Counted from the first letter of the stretch, positions 49,350 to 62,869 are shown. The stretch is 64,000 nt of DNA from Ophelia neglecta (GCA_965285935.1 OZ260664.1:4092001-4156000), one strand, 5' to 3'. Notes: generated by a model from the sequence alone, not told the origin. Translations and numbers: made by a program.

Positions 49350-52300
49350 CAAGTAGGTCGTCAATTTCGGTTAAAACATCACCTTAGAGACACAAACTGA
49401 GTGGCGATAGTGCAATTATTTGACTGCATCATCTGATCGTTATAAATACACCACTTCCAGTTACAGTAGTGCAGTTCTGGCTCATATCCAAGGGGACTTT
49501 TTTTTGTCTAGCCGAGAGTTTGTAATATTAATAGGCTGTTAGACTTCATGTTGTTGATGTGTTTACTGAAAGCAAATTGTTTGGGACCTAGTCGCTCAAT
49601 AAATGTAGCAATAGGAAATCGACAACTCGTCGATTAATCCATTAGATGGTCAATTCCGAATCCATACAGAAACAATACAGAACTTTACATTACTTTCATT
49701 TTTAACTTCAAAGCCTGATATGCGGTTACAAAATTTCCTTTTGGTAGCTGCAGATATCGGGAGAAAACATTTAAGATCGCTTAGACAAATAACACTAATT
49801 GCATTGGGATTGTGAAGCCTGTGTAGCTGTTGAAGAAGAGCCACAGTTTTCTACTTTCTTTTAAACATTTCGCAGAACCTACCTTGCAAACATAATATCG
49901 TACTATTCCTTTTTTATTTTAATGTAAGAAAGTTACATATATGTGACACTTTCATTGCAAGAACATGGTATTGTAACCTTGCGAAAATGATTTGTGCTAT
50001 TGTCGAGGAATGGGTGTTTGATAATTAACATGAAATGTTTTTATATTCAATTCTACCCTTACATTTTGAATTGATGAATGATATAGAAAGTTTTGTGTTG
50101 TTTATTGATAAGACAGCGTTATCAAAAATTAACGTGATTAACCTGATATTAAAACGCGTGCATTTTTGACACTTTTCCCTGAAAGGGGGGGGGGGACTTC
50201 TTAGCTTGGAAGGGGAAACCTACCCATCTGCGGCAAATATGAACTCACGCTCCATAATCCACAGATAATTCTGAACCAGAAAATATGTTCAATCATCTTG
50301 GCCTCCTTCGTACAATTAAACGTGACCTGGCTCCTGAACTAGGGCCATCGTGTTCATTTCACGAGCGTCAGCCTCTCCCTTGACATTCTCTTCAGAAATG
50401 ACCTTTGGCAGAGATGCAGGAATCAAAATTACCCTGTAATTGCTTTGATTGTTTTGACATCTTTTCAACAAGTAAAAGATCAGTAGGTACCAAAAATGCA
50501 TAAATGTTAAAGGTTATCTTAGGGAAACTAGCTAGACACAGCTTTGACATACAGCTTTGTTTCACAGACACAGGCAAGCTGGAAAAGGCATTAATGCTTT
50601 TGCTATTGATTATTTTATCTGCTAACTATATGCCTGTATTAGGAGGAGGGGTTCCAACAAGATGACTGCGCCCATGACAAGAACCATAATGTCAACAAAC
50701 AAACCTTAACACGCTTTACAAGCAAGTATTCAGTGGCTAACAGGTTATGCTTACCTTAAGCAATGGGAGTAGCCGGAAGCAATGGGATTTCCTGGTGTGT
50801 GTTGACTTCAATTATTTCGTTAGGAATACCAATGGTTAATTGGTCTGTGGGAGAATCATGAACACTTTAAAATACGTGTTCTTTGATCGCATTGGCTAAG
50901 CTCAGGTTTCTATTTGATTGTTCCCTTTGTCATCAGTTGCTTTGACACCATTTTCCCCTTTTTCTGTAAAATAACAACTAGTTTGGCGGATGTATGAATT
51001 GACAAAACTCCCACATCAAACATTCAGCGCCATAATCATTGTATTTTTCACCATTTACGAATTAGATATTTTATTACCTGAAACCCTCCATTAGTTGATA
51101 ATCATTGTCAATCTGCTCTGGATATTTATGGATGGCACAAAATGTGGGCCACACTGGAATTTTTTACACAAATCAAGCATACATTTAATAGGGGATAGAC
51201 CAAAACAAAGGTTTCCTAATTACGTATGAGTGACAAGTTAATTAACATTTAAATTTTACAGCATTGGTTTGTGTAAAATTGCACCGACATGGCACCACAT
51301 CTACAAATTGTTAGTGGACGTCATGATACGTTTGTAATTGTGGCTAATGAAACCATGCCCACCCTAAAACGTGCATTTCCGGCAGACAAAGCCAAACCAT
51401 TAGTCGAGACCGTCCAAAGTAATTAGGAACCAGCAGCCAAATCAACCAGAAATCATTTGGAACCAGCAGCCAGTTGCTAATGCTTTTTTTGCTTCCTAGA
51501 ACTTCGCACGATGTTTATGTTAAGTGTCACTCCGACTTATCCTGACCTTCATTCCTGCTGATTGTTCTTTTTAATCAGTTCAGGTAATAGCAGGGAACTC
51601 CCTCATATTACATTATACTCATTTATGGCTACAGCGTTACCGATGTGGCGTAGAGAGTATGTTGGATGTTTGTTCTTTTAGGTGATACAACATAAGGGGG
51701 CTTTAAGTTCAAAATCCCGAAGGCATAAGCAACGCAGTTGCACGTTGTAAAGATAATAGCTAATACATCGTATTGGCGTAAAGGAAAGTAATTCATGCAA
51801 CACCACTTTCATTTTTGGGGGGAACGTGTGCAGTCAGTCAGTCCAGACAGTGGCCGAATAAGAATACAAAGTGAAATCCAGGTCGCGTTCAGGGAGTAAA
51901 CGCGTCTAATAAAAATTTTCTTTTGCGAGCAGTTAAACCAATTTAGGGGAATTATGTGATATTAAGGCATACCCTCAGGATCAATGCGCGGTGGACCGGT
52001 CAGAAACATAATGATTTTAGTAATTTCTAAAGATATTTGATGCTGAATTAGTTGGTAAGTCCGTTTATAATACAATATAATTATTATACATTAATTAATT
52101 AATGAAATTTTATATAATGAGAAATATCGTATGGTAACAATCAGGTTTACATTCTTATGTCGTTTCTTATGTAAGTCTTTTAAAATCAGTTCTAAACATG
52201 GTTTATACTCAAGTATACTTGGTGGCATAAAATATATTCTTAGTGCGGAAACAGGTTAAGGCTAGCTTTCGTAATGGGCCAATAGTTCGGTTTTTTGTTT

Positions 52301-53869
52301 AAGTCTCGTGAATGAAATGGGTATAATGATGAAATGCAGTTAATGGTAGGCAATAGAATAATCAAACAGAAAAATTATTGGAAATCACATACGGAAACTG
52401 AATTGATTTAGTAGATTGGAATTTCTCTAACTGCAAGCGTGGGAACCAATGTGTATGAGTGGGAGTGGCTGAGTCATTAAATTGGTCTTTGCCTAAGTGT
52501 TTGTTGTTGTTTTTTTGCAATTTTCAACTTTCGCATTGATGTAATGACCCTATGTAACGGAAAATTTTGTTAATGCAACAAAGATTAAGTAGCTTTGGTG
52601 CTGTTCCATGCTCTGCTGCAAAGTAATGCCGCCATGTTCAGAGGCTGTGTCTTCCTTGGTCATCCCATGTGAAAGAAGAAGTCAAAAAGTAGCATTGAGA
52701 ATCGTCTGCCGAATCCTGGCCAATTTCTTACAATTGACAATTGTCCAACGATTCTCAGGATTTTATCTTCAGATAATTGCAGATGGAAAGTCGCAAGACC
52801 CTCTTTTAATCAATGTTTGCGGTGAGGATAATTCTACTGAGACGAACAGAATAAATGCCACTACACTAGATAAACAACATTTTTACGAACAAGGAAAAAG
52901 CAAGTGACCGAGACGTTACTATTGCGTGATTATGTTGTTTTTTTGTTCGGCCGACAATCATATAACCGGTGACAACTCACTTTCAAATGCCATGTAAGAA
53001 AAATACATCCTAAGGGTTAATTTCATTCTCGTTAAAATGATAAAGGACCTAAGTATTAAGCGAGCACTATAGACTCTGTATTGTGTACCGAATAAATGGA
53101 TAATGTCCGATTAATTGACTCTGAGAGGGTCGGATTTACGCCCAACGCGTACAAGGAAAACTTTCGCTTTCCCCTAAATATTTCTGCTGTCCAATGCAGG
53201 TCACACTAAACATTCTTATGTTTGCAACTAAAAAGTGATGCCTAGTAATAAAAGAGACCTGCCAACAATTTAAGCGTCTTACATCTTGAGACATCACTAA
53301 TTCGTATCAGACAGAACCTATTACCCATGATGTCAGTATAAGAATATGGTAGAAAAATGTTTCCCAAACATAAGCGGATTTCAAAGAGTTGCTCTCATTT
53401 CTTCGACATTTACCCAAGCAAAGAACGGATCGTCTTGAATTGTGGCGCTAAACTGTACCATATTTAAGGCAAATTTAACGACAGCTGAGTCACGCTGCTA
53501 AAAAATGATATGATTATGATTATAAGATTATTCTTAAAGGATGTATGTTTACAATTACGACATAGACTAATATCTGAAGGATCCACGCTGGATAACGTCC
53601 GTGAGAGTTTATGCTATTTCATGGCTATGGCCATGCTTAATTAGCTTGTGTTTCTAGCTGTTAGGTTTATTGACATATTTGATTGTCATGTGTCTCGCCA
53701 TGGCATTACTTTAGATATAAAGGCAGCCAATAAATGTATGCCATGTTTATAAATATATTTACTGATTATTTTGATAAACGCGCAACTAAAAGCAACAGAA
53801 AAGTTCATAACATAACTTACTTTCCCAACAAGTTGCTTTAAGAAGAGAGAGCTCTATAAGGGTAAGTTT

Positions 53870-54310
53870 AGTGTCTACTCCCGGGGATGAGGAAGAAGTG
53901 TTTGTTTAATATCACAGTCCAACTCGTAAAAAAACCCGTCACACATTCAACAAAATGGTGTTTTTCTCCGTTAGTATTAAAGTGGGGAAGGACCCGACAC
54001 ATGCTTTAAGATTACATCTACTCCGGAGGAGGGAGTGTTTTGTTCTACGATCGCAGTCAAACACCGTGTGATCACCCGAGACACAACTTCTAAAATTAAA
54101 TGTACTCCGCAGAGGGGTATCTTGTTCTAGGATCACACTCCTTCTCTGGGTGAAAGCGTCGCTCATCTTTTTAAATGAAATCTATTCGGGAGGAGGGAGT
54201 TTCTTGTTTTATGATCACAATCACACTATGGGGGAGGGGGGACCCCACACACATTGCCCAAGGTTAAATCTACTCCAGTGTCTTTTATTTAGATTACACT
54301 CTGTCACACG
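53870..54310. repeat. Degenerate tandem repeat, ~80-90 bp unit, 4-5 copies
   Basis: tctactcc.gaggagggagt...ttgtt.ta.gatcaca recurs at about 53874, 54017, 54101, 54181 and 54269. Confidence 0.65.
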
Positions 54311-55661
54311 TCCTCAAATATTAAGCTGACTTTCTCTATTTATAATAGCCCTTACGGTGCTCCTGCCGATTGCCTAATCAGATTCGTATGCAATGGGTTC
54401 CCAAATGTCTACCCTGTGCATTTCAACGGAGAATAAGCCCTAATACGGAACCCACAATACGTCCAAGTCTGCAATTTATAGGGGCAAAATAATATTCCTC
54501 CCAAAGATTTTTCTCTGAACTGCGTCCCATGGGTTCTTTGAAGATGAAATATGATACACAACCATAGGATAAAACTATACTCATTTGGGCACGATAAACC
54601 GCTGTTGAGAAATGGGCAATACGCGGCAGGATTACGAGTCTGCCCGCGGGCCACATAGGGCTTGTATAGGAGTAAGCCCACTCGGATATTGCTGGATCTC
54701 GTTGTAGGGAATGCACTCAGCGAAACATGAAGCAACTACTGATATTAGTAAAACAGGCTAGTGGACCATTTAAAGAGTGTAATAAAAAGTCCCAACCAGT
54801 CCATTACAAAACATTCCAAGTAATGGGAGAAAGCTGCCATGCATAAATGATTATTAATGAAGCTTGGTAGCACATGCTTCCCTCGCCATACCGCACGGTT
54901 GGGCTTCTTACCTCGTTTTCTATCTACTTTATACAATGTTTTCTGGTGCTAACTGACAATACCGTTATCAGGGAATTTGACAATCTTTTGAAAGAGATGT
55001 GAAATGGAACTTTGGGTATGATACCTGTGGGCTTTTACAATTAAGTAATGAGTTCCAGCTTAAATGTTCAAATGCTGCATTCAATTTTTTTTTCTCACAA
55101 ATGCCGGCTTAAAACCACAGATGGTGTTATTTCAAGATTATGTCAAGTCGAAACACCAGACCGAGTAGCTGTCGGTAAGTAAGCCAAGGTCCTGACCTGA
55201 TCCGCAACCGTGCATAGTCCTCGAAACGCGTAGCGTAAAGGTTGCTTAATCGTGGCCTGGTTAAGCACCCTATACACTCTGCCCTTCTTCATGGGAGTAC
55301 GCATGCGTCACGTTCACCAGCATGCGTATAGGCTCGCAATGGCTGCGCATGGAGTCTGTCCGGTGGGCTAGACATCCAAGAGAATACCGTCTCTTTTCCT
55401 GCGGTGAAATCCAGGACAAGCTGCATTCTGTCAAAAAAGGAGCCACTCGGTGTAGCCTCAAATAAATAATATCGGAGTTTGTTTATCCTTAAAATGAAGA
55501 TACCACCCACTTGTCTATTTATAGTCACTGAAAAACCGATTTCCCTAATATGACGCCTTTGTCCAACGTTCTGCCAACCGATTTCCAAACGTTTCTGCCA
55601 ATGTCCGCTCGACGTTTTATGACGAGATTATGACGAGATTCACTGTAGCCTACGAGCTTAA

Positions 55662-55944
55662 TGTGCGAAAGTTTATGGAACTTTTTTTTATCTATTTATT
55701 GAACAACTAACCTTTTACCTTCCTTTACTAACACATTTTAGTCAGAAAAACATCTGACCCATCCACCTACCTAGAAGATTTTTTTTTTATAAAATAGAGC
55801 TCAATAACCGCTTACTTCTTACTATTATCCCCATGTAATTAAAAATAGACAGTACAATAAACGACTAACTATACCCAACTTAAGACACTAAATGACCCAG
55901 ATGGTGTCTATGTGTCGTTAAGCCCCAAAAATCCAAATCCAAGA
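55662..55944 (+). mobile_element. 5'-truncated non-LTR retroelement (LINE/SINE 3' end), copy 1
   Basis: 12-bp TSD ctacgagcttaa (55650-55661 / 55945-55956); ends gtgtcgttaagccccaaaaatccaaatcc; highly similar to 58713-58955. Confidence 0.85.
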
Positions 55945-56985
55945 CTACGAGCTTAAGTCCCCAAGATGTCCAAATTTACCGATTGGCTGACCGTCTCTAT
56001 GATCTTAGGTCAACGTACTGCCCTATGATTAAATAATGTTCTACCGACGTCCGTCCGACGCATTACAGACGCGATTCAGTGCCCACGTCTCGCCAACGTT
56101 TTAAGCCGTTTCCCCACGATTACGAAATGCCGAAAACCAAATTTGTTTAATAATTAATTGTTGGTGTTGTTTAAGCAACCGTGTATGTGCAGAGCTCAAC
56201 AATAATAACGACACGCCCCTCGGTTTACTGTGATTAATTTTCTGTGGTGCCTCGGGGTACAACGATACCGCCGGGCACGGGCGTACCCGGTCATAAGTAA
56301 CTGAACATACATGTATAAATTAGATAAGAGTATTCATTAAGCATGATTGTGAACGGTTTAATGATACTTTCTGTTCAATATGTTACATCATCTCTATATT
56401 ATCCATTATCCACTGCCTCCGTTTTTTAATGAAATCAAGTAAGCTAGATAAAGAAAATCTTAATCAAATTTTCCGAATTAAAGAGAAAATCTGTCCGTAC
56501 ATGATTTTCCAGCTTTTACTCTTTATAATACCGATTCATTTTTATCACATCATATGATATAACCTTCACCAGTTTTCAGATTATCATTGAACTATTCCCT
56601 GCTGAAGTGATGATTGTACCTTTTTAGTTTCAGAATACTAATAAGCAAAATAAATCGACTGATCAAAATTATATGTTCAGTTCATTTGACATTAGTTCTT
56701 ACTAAAAAGTTCACCTTATGTAGACATTATTCCAATTACTAATATAGAATTACAGACAGAATACACACTGCGTTATTTCATTGTGTAAATATTGTTATGC
56801 GAAGAATACATGTTAAACCATTAAGTTATGTGGTCATGTGGGGTTGGAGAATATTGAATACGTTTACAGCCCAGAACACTTTCTCCGGAATGCCGCCGGC
56901 AGCATGGTGTTCGTCATCCAATGTGGAACCTATTATTGACTGGATGAAGTTCCAGGACTTGGTCCACTTGTTTTTTAGTAACATA

Positions 56986-58072
56986 TTAGCTAAAAACCAT
57001 TGGTGTATCGTTTCTTTGGAGAGAGATTGGTTCACGGGCCACGTGGGTCAATGTGCTAGAGAACCTCACCGTGAATATTTCCTTCATAACATTACGGAAC
57101 CTGCGACCGAAGACATAGTAAATGAAGAAGTTAATTGAGTTTATCACCATAAGTAATTCACTGACAAGGTTGAATCTTACGAGTCCCTTGCTGAATTCCA
57201 GTGTAATTTGGGCGGCTTTGAAGTTCCTCTCCACAAATGCTGCCAGCCTCAGAATCAGTTCAGGCGTCTCACAGATAATAAATACCACGATGATTATAAC
57301 TAAGACAAGTGTGGCGTTGTTCTGGATGTACTGTGGGATTGTGGCGCCTGGAAGTCGGCGTCTTTTCGAGTAGTATATTGCTTGCACCAGGCGACCGTTC
57401 ATATACGATAATATGACGAGGGGCATAATATAAAGTAGTATCATATAAGCCCCCTGCTGGTAGATATCATAATAAAGTGGATGATTAAACTGGGGACTTG
57501 TTACACGGCTGCTGATAGTAGTATTGCTGCAGGGATTAAACCACTCTACAATACAACTATCAAAGTATCTGGGCACATTGTATACAGCACCGACGGAAAA
57601 CACGCTAATGGCTGCCCATTTTCTGGTAGCCCTTTTAAACGTTTGTAGTCCTTTGAAAGGCTTGCATACATAGACATTCCTGTCAACAGTTAGAAGTACA
57701 ACGGTCCAAATAGTGATTGTTTGGCAAGTCTTCAACAGGAGAAACACCACAGGCTGCATCACGACGTAGGCACTGTATACAGGTAAGAGGTATTTTAGAG
57801 GATACCGTAGGACAGCAACAAGCAAATACAATCCATCAGCCACCGCCAGGGTCTGAAGTAGTAACAAGGCCTGTCGTCGTTCCTTGTCGCGATGAAGAAC
57901 AACGAAGGTTACAGGCATTTCCAAATATCCCTATTATACACAAGACGCCTATTAGGTAAAGCTCTACTAAACGCTGTATATTAATTAAAGAATGAGTACA
58001 TATAATATATTGTTCTCCATGTGCTGTCAACATCGTTGGATACAATCTAGATAAGGAAGTATCTGTTGACAT
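56986..58072 (-). pseudogene. GPCR paralog 3, probable pseudogene
   Basis: TM1 (LVELYLIGVLCIIGIFGNA) is in ORF 57836..58078 and the rest is in ORF 56986..57924, because of a 1-nt insertion at about 57914 (gga aat gc[c]t gta acc). Also DRY>DRN (57676-57684), a one-codon deletion in INSSINF>INSINF (about 57137), and an N-terminus lacking the GCG..CP motif. Confidence 0.85.
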
Positions 58073-58712
58073 GAACAATCATTTACTTCGTATACATATT
58101 AGCGTGGAAAGCACACAACTAATATAAAGTGTATCGGTGTTTAACAGGAGACTTCCATAATTTATATAACATCCGTTACTTTCAATCAAATAACCAGTTG
58201 AAACCACTTGGTTTCAACTGTTCAATGTTCAGGGCTAGTATCATACCCCTCCTTCCCACTCTCTGCAGGTCGTTAGATAAAGAGGCTAATAAAGGAGTAA
58301 ACTATTGTTAATCCAATTCTCATTGCAGAATATGAGAGGATGAAAATGAAATATACTTTAGAAAATGATAATAACTAAACGGTCATTGTTTCTTTGCTAA
58401 ATTCTGTTCCATTTTTTTGCACCATCCTTTCGTAATTGAACTTGCTCATCCATTTAACGGTATATTTGTAAAATATCATTCTACTTGTTTTGCGGTTCAA
58501 GGACGAAACAACTTTTTATCCCTTAAAAATGGAATGTGGACGCCGAAGAATATACGACAGACATCATGTGCCGCGGTACAACAAAAAAAAAGTCTCTGCT
58601 CCCTAATTACGTGCCGGGATATGATATCAAAAAAGCTACAGATTGATTAGATAGTTAACTTCATGTATGTTAAAAATGGTATGCGAAAACTTTTCGTCTT
58701 CCTATACCACAC

Positions 58713-58955
58713 TATTTATTAAACAACTAACCTTTTATCTCCCTTTACTAACACTTTTTAGTCAGAAAAACATCTGACCCATCCACCTAGAAGACTTTTT
58801 ATAAAATAGAACTCAATAACCACTTACTTCTTACTATTATCCCCATGTAAATAGAAATAGACAATACAATTAGTGCTAAACTATACCCAACTTAAGACAC
58901 TAAATGACCCACATGGTGTCTATGTGTCGTTAAGCCCCAAAAATCCAAAATCCAA
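58713..58955 (+). mobile_element. 5'-truncated non-LTR retroelement, copy 2
   Basis: 13-bp TSD tcctataccacac (58700-58712 / 58956-58968); same family as 55662-55944. Confidence 0.85.
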
Positions 58956-59358
58956 TCCTATACCACACAAAATTCCGAAACAACGATATTACATCCAAAT
59001 TTCATTCTCTGGAATAACGGCTTATTCGGGCGGTTTTTTTCACAGTAATGACTTGTCATGAAGTGTTTTTATTAGATTTGAACTCTTTGTTTCATACCAT
59101 TTTCATAATGAGCCCGAGAGAACTGTATATAATGAGATTTCTTTTGTATGTTTTTATCATGTTTGTAATGCGCTCTACACCATGGCCGTATGACTGTATC
59201 CCTCTTACCTTATAGAGTCAAACACATTATTACCAGTAAACTTACGTACGAGTTTGTTGTAACAACGGAAGAAGATTACTTCCACATACCCATTTCCTCT
59301 CAAAAAAGTTCCATATCAGCTAATGTACCAGTGGCCAGCTAGTGGGCGACATTACCTG

Positions 59359-59481
59359 GGCGGCTTCTTAGAAAAAAAACAACGGATCGTACGAAAGACT
59401 TTTTATTTGTATTTTTACCGTACGACCGTTTGAAAATCGATACGATTATCCAGCGGTACGAATCCTTTGAGAAACTGGCCC
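59359..59481. mobile_element. Degenerate PIF/Harbinger-like MITE
   Basis: ctg|ggcggcttcttagaaa...tttgagaaactggccc|cag, with internal cgtacga inverted motifs and CWG-type flanks. Confidence 0.5.
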
Positions 59482-60683
59482 CAGGTATTGCTCTCAGCGG
59501 TCTGAAGATGGCTCTTGATTTGTTTGGTAACTTTATCTTGCTACCTATCAGGCTTAATAGTGTGTTTTTAGATTAAAGTTAAGAGTTCCTACTGAGTTTT
59601 GATATTCCAGATTACGTCCTCTCTTACTTAACATATTTTTATGAATATTAGTCGTAAACATCTTTCAGGCCTTCATTGCCTAGACAGTTTTTTTTTATAT
59701 TGTTCATGAGCTGAGTCCCTGCACTTGTACTACGGTTATATATAGATTTACAGGTAAATATTAAGAGAACCTGTACCCCACATGTGGTCCGGTCCTTGCT
59801 GTGTCGAGGTATATTTTGTTGAGGATATTTTTCTTGTTTCATGTACGTCATTTATTTCTATGATCGGATTATTATATAGTATCTCTTTATTTTTTCATGC
59901 CTGGAATAGATAAAAACTGAATTAAATTGAAAACATTCTGTTAAATATTGATAAGATTACTTCTCTGATTGAAATACTAACTGTTAGTTATTGCTTCAAT
60001 TGGTATTTCTAAATAACTGCAAATTTGATGAATCGTTTCCACTTTTTTCCACAAGTACCACAAAAGCTGACATGATATCCGTTCGTCTTCAATGGAATAG
60101 TTATATCTTCCAGGAATCCGGTTCTTCGTTTTGTGTTTACTCGGCACGATACAGCAACCGTTGGTGCCTACTTACGAGTCATGGGAAAGTCTGAAGCTTG
60201 CAGAGAACACCAGGTATAACAAATTTATTGCTACTGGTAGACACATACGCCCACCTGCTACACGACATCATACAATATACAAAGACAGTATGGTAGAATC
60301 CGGCGCTGTCTTGGTATGACAATTATGCGTGGGCGGAGTACGGGTATTTACGGGCAAAGTGGGAGTATTTGCAGATTTGCAGCGAAATAAACTTCACTTT
60401 CCATGGACGGTGGGTGGTGGGAGGGGGTGCATAGGTAATTTCCTGGTGGCGATGGGGGGGGGGATGAGCTTCGAGCATTAGTAAACTATATGGGGAGGTA
60501 AAATGTCAAAACCACGAGGGTGGGCCAGGGGGGGGGGGGGGCAGATGCCATATAGTCCGAAATGTGAGAATGGTGGGCTTTCGCCGCGCAGCTTATATAC
60601 AAAAGCAAGAATAAGGGGCAGCTCACTGAGAGAGGAGAATTACTAGTGGTTGGTCCTGAATATATAGAATAATCCGCTATAAG

Positions 60684-61008
60684 TTGTTGTTTGGCATTGT
60701 TTTACGTGACTTTCAACACTTATCTGGTCATATCTCCCCGGTGTCTACTTGTGACAGTGGGCCCAATGCCCTCTTTAGAGTGCTGCCTCACTGGAGTACC
60801 TGCCGTAGACACCAGACAGGGAACCCCACCCAGTCACATTATACTGACACCGGGTTGACCAGTCCTGATACTACCTCCGAAATACCGGGCGCCTGGCAGG
60901 GCAGCTATCAGTACCTATTTTTACGTCTTGGGTTTGACGCGATCGGGATTCGAACCCCGATCTACCACTTGCGAGGCGGACACCCTAACCACTCGGCCAC
61001 GCTTTGGT
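60684..61008 (-). mobile_element. Full-length tRNA-derived SINE with a Meta/MESC-type core
   Basis: Minus strand: A box TGGCCGAGTGG, B box GGTTCGAATCC, core GACTGGTCAACCCGGTGTCAGTATAATGTGACTGGGTGG...CAGTGAGGCAGCACT, tail gttgaaagtcacgtaaaacaatgccaaacaacaa; TSD tccgctata/tag (60673-60683 / 61009-61019). Confidence 0.9.
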
Positions 61009-62869
61009 TCCGCTATTAGAAGATGGCCTTACGTTTCTTATATTAACGAATATGAGATGACACGTGTACTAAATAAGCGCTTTTAAAATACTGTATATTC
61101 AAGCCTCCCTGTTGTAAACACAACTGGTCCAACGTCAAATCAATTAGTCCACACACAAGAATGATGTGCAATTTCAAAACCCTTTTACACACATGCATTC
61201 TTATATCAACGTTTTAAGAGTGGTAAAACTACGGGTTCTAAACCTTGTTCCAGGCAAGCCTGCTCACACCGCTTTACAGATTACCCGCTGTCCATCAAAC
61301 ACATTTGTTATAGTGAGGCTCGTCGGCATACCAGTTTCCCGCCAAGATGTTCATCCTACCACAATAGAGACCAAGCGGCGAATAAAAATAAAAATTGACC
61401 CCATTACCTTACGATTAAAATTTGTGACTCAAAGAGTCACTATATCGACCTGGTTGGTGTCTGGACAATCGAGCGGGCGCCAGTTCGAGCGGTGGCTATA
61501 CTGGTCGTTTCGAGCGGGGACATCGGACGTTTCGAGCGGGGCCAGATCTAGTTATTTATGATAGTAAGCAGTTCCAGTTATATGTGATACAGTGTACATG
61601 CGACTTTTCGAGTCTTTGGGAGCTCCCTGTGAAACAGACTGATTTGGAAATGAAACAACACTTACAGCGTAAATATGCACCTAACTCGTACAAGTTCGAA
61701 GAGAATAACTGTGAAAAATTAAGTAATTAAGTCACTGTATTTAGTACCATACCATAGTTAGCATACCGTGCTTATGAATAGAATTTTTCTGTATGAATAA
61801 AATGGTTTTTGATACAATTGGTCTGGTACGAATTTTTCTTCTGTGATCAATAAATAAAGTGAATTCGCTCCAAACGCTGAAAATTGCAAATACTTTGCGG
61901 ACAATTTCTCTACAAGTGCCAGGAGATGTTTTGGAGAATTCGTGATGTATTGTAGATACTATTACCCAGGGTACATTGATGAGATATTACACCGTACTAA
62001 AACTAATTGTTTAAAATGATATAAGTTGCGTCACCGAAAAAAGGTGTCTGCACTAATTAACTCCAATCAGACGGAGATAATGGCGGAAAATGTTGGTTAT
62101 TATGAGCTTATGTATCCTTATATTTAATAAAAGCTTTCCTTATATTAATAAATATAAGGTTAATTTGGCCACGAAGTGACCTGCATTAGTATACCAGCAA
62201 AATGTCCTGAATGAAGAACACTTTTTATCTAAAACATTGAACTAGACTGGGTAAACCTGTGTAATGTCCCCCGCCTTAAACCAACAGTTGTTCGGGTTAT
62301 TGAGTAATTCACAATATATACAGGTTCTGTTGCCAGGGCAACTAAACTATCTCCATTTTTTTTTAATTACAGCCCCACTCTTGAAGAGCTTTCGTCATCC
62401 CCAAGATACCCATGGAATCACTCTCATAGGGAGGCAAAGAACTAATTTCGCATCATCTTAATTATATATGCTGTCCAAATGCTACCAAACTAGCTTCACG
62501 AAGTAAAGCATAAAACCCTAGCAATGCAAGCTGATTGCTAGACAGGCTAGAGGAAATGGCTGATTCAACTTTCACCTCTAACATTTTATAAGATGCAATA
62601 ATGTAGTTACCTATAGATTCCAGGGTAGTTCTAAGTTTTAGCTAAGTCTGACTTGCTTTTCTATTTGTCTTGAAATGGACCCCAAACTCAAATTTGAGAA
62701 CTATATAAAATGCCAAAGATATACTTCCCATAGGCTTCCATTCCAGATCCAAGTGATCCAGCCATTACTACTTACTGAGATAACTTCCTTATACTACTGA
62801 TATATACTACTTGCAAATACTACTTCACATATTATATAATACTTTATCCTTATACTACTTTGTAAATGT

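Noticed and set aside
53870-54310. CRISPR-like arrays (also 11526-11590, 61470-61545, 62900-63680)
   Set aside because: The repeats are degenerate, the spacers are homologous to each other, there are no cas genes, and the context is eukaryotic.
55662-58955. LTR retrotransposon that captured the GPCR
   Set aside because: No TG..CA ends, PBS or PPT, and each direct repeat has its own distinct TSD.
60935-61008. tRNA gene
   Set aside because: It is the tRNA-derived head of a SINE: it continues into core and tail, is flanked by a TSD, and has no proper acceptor stem.
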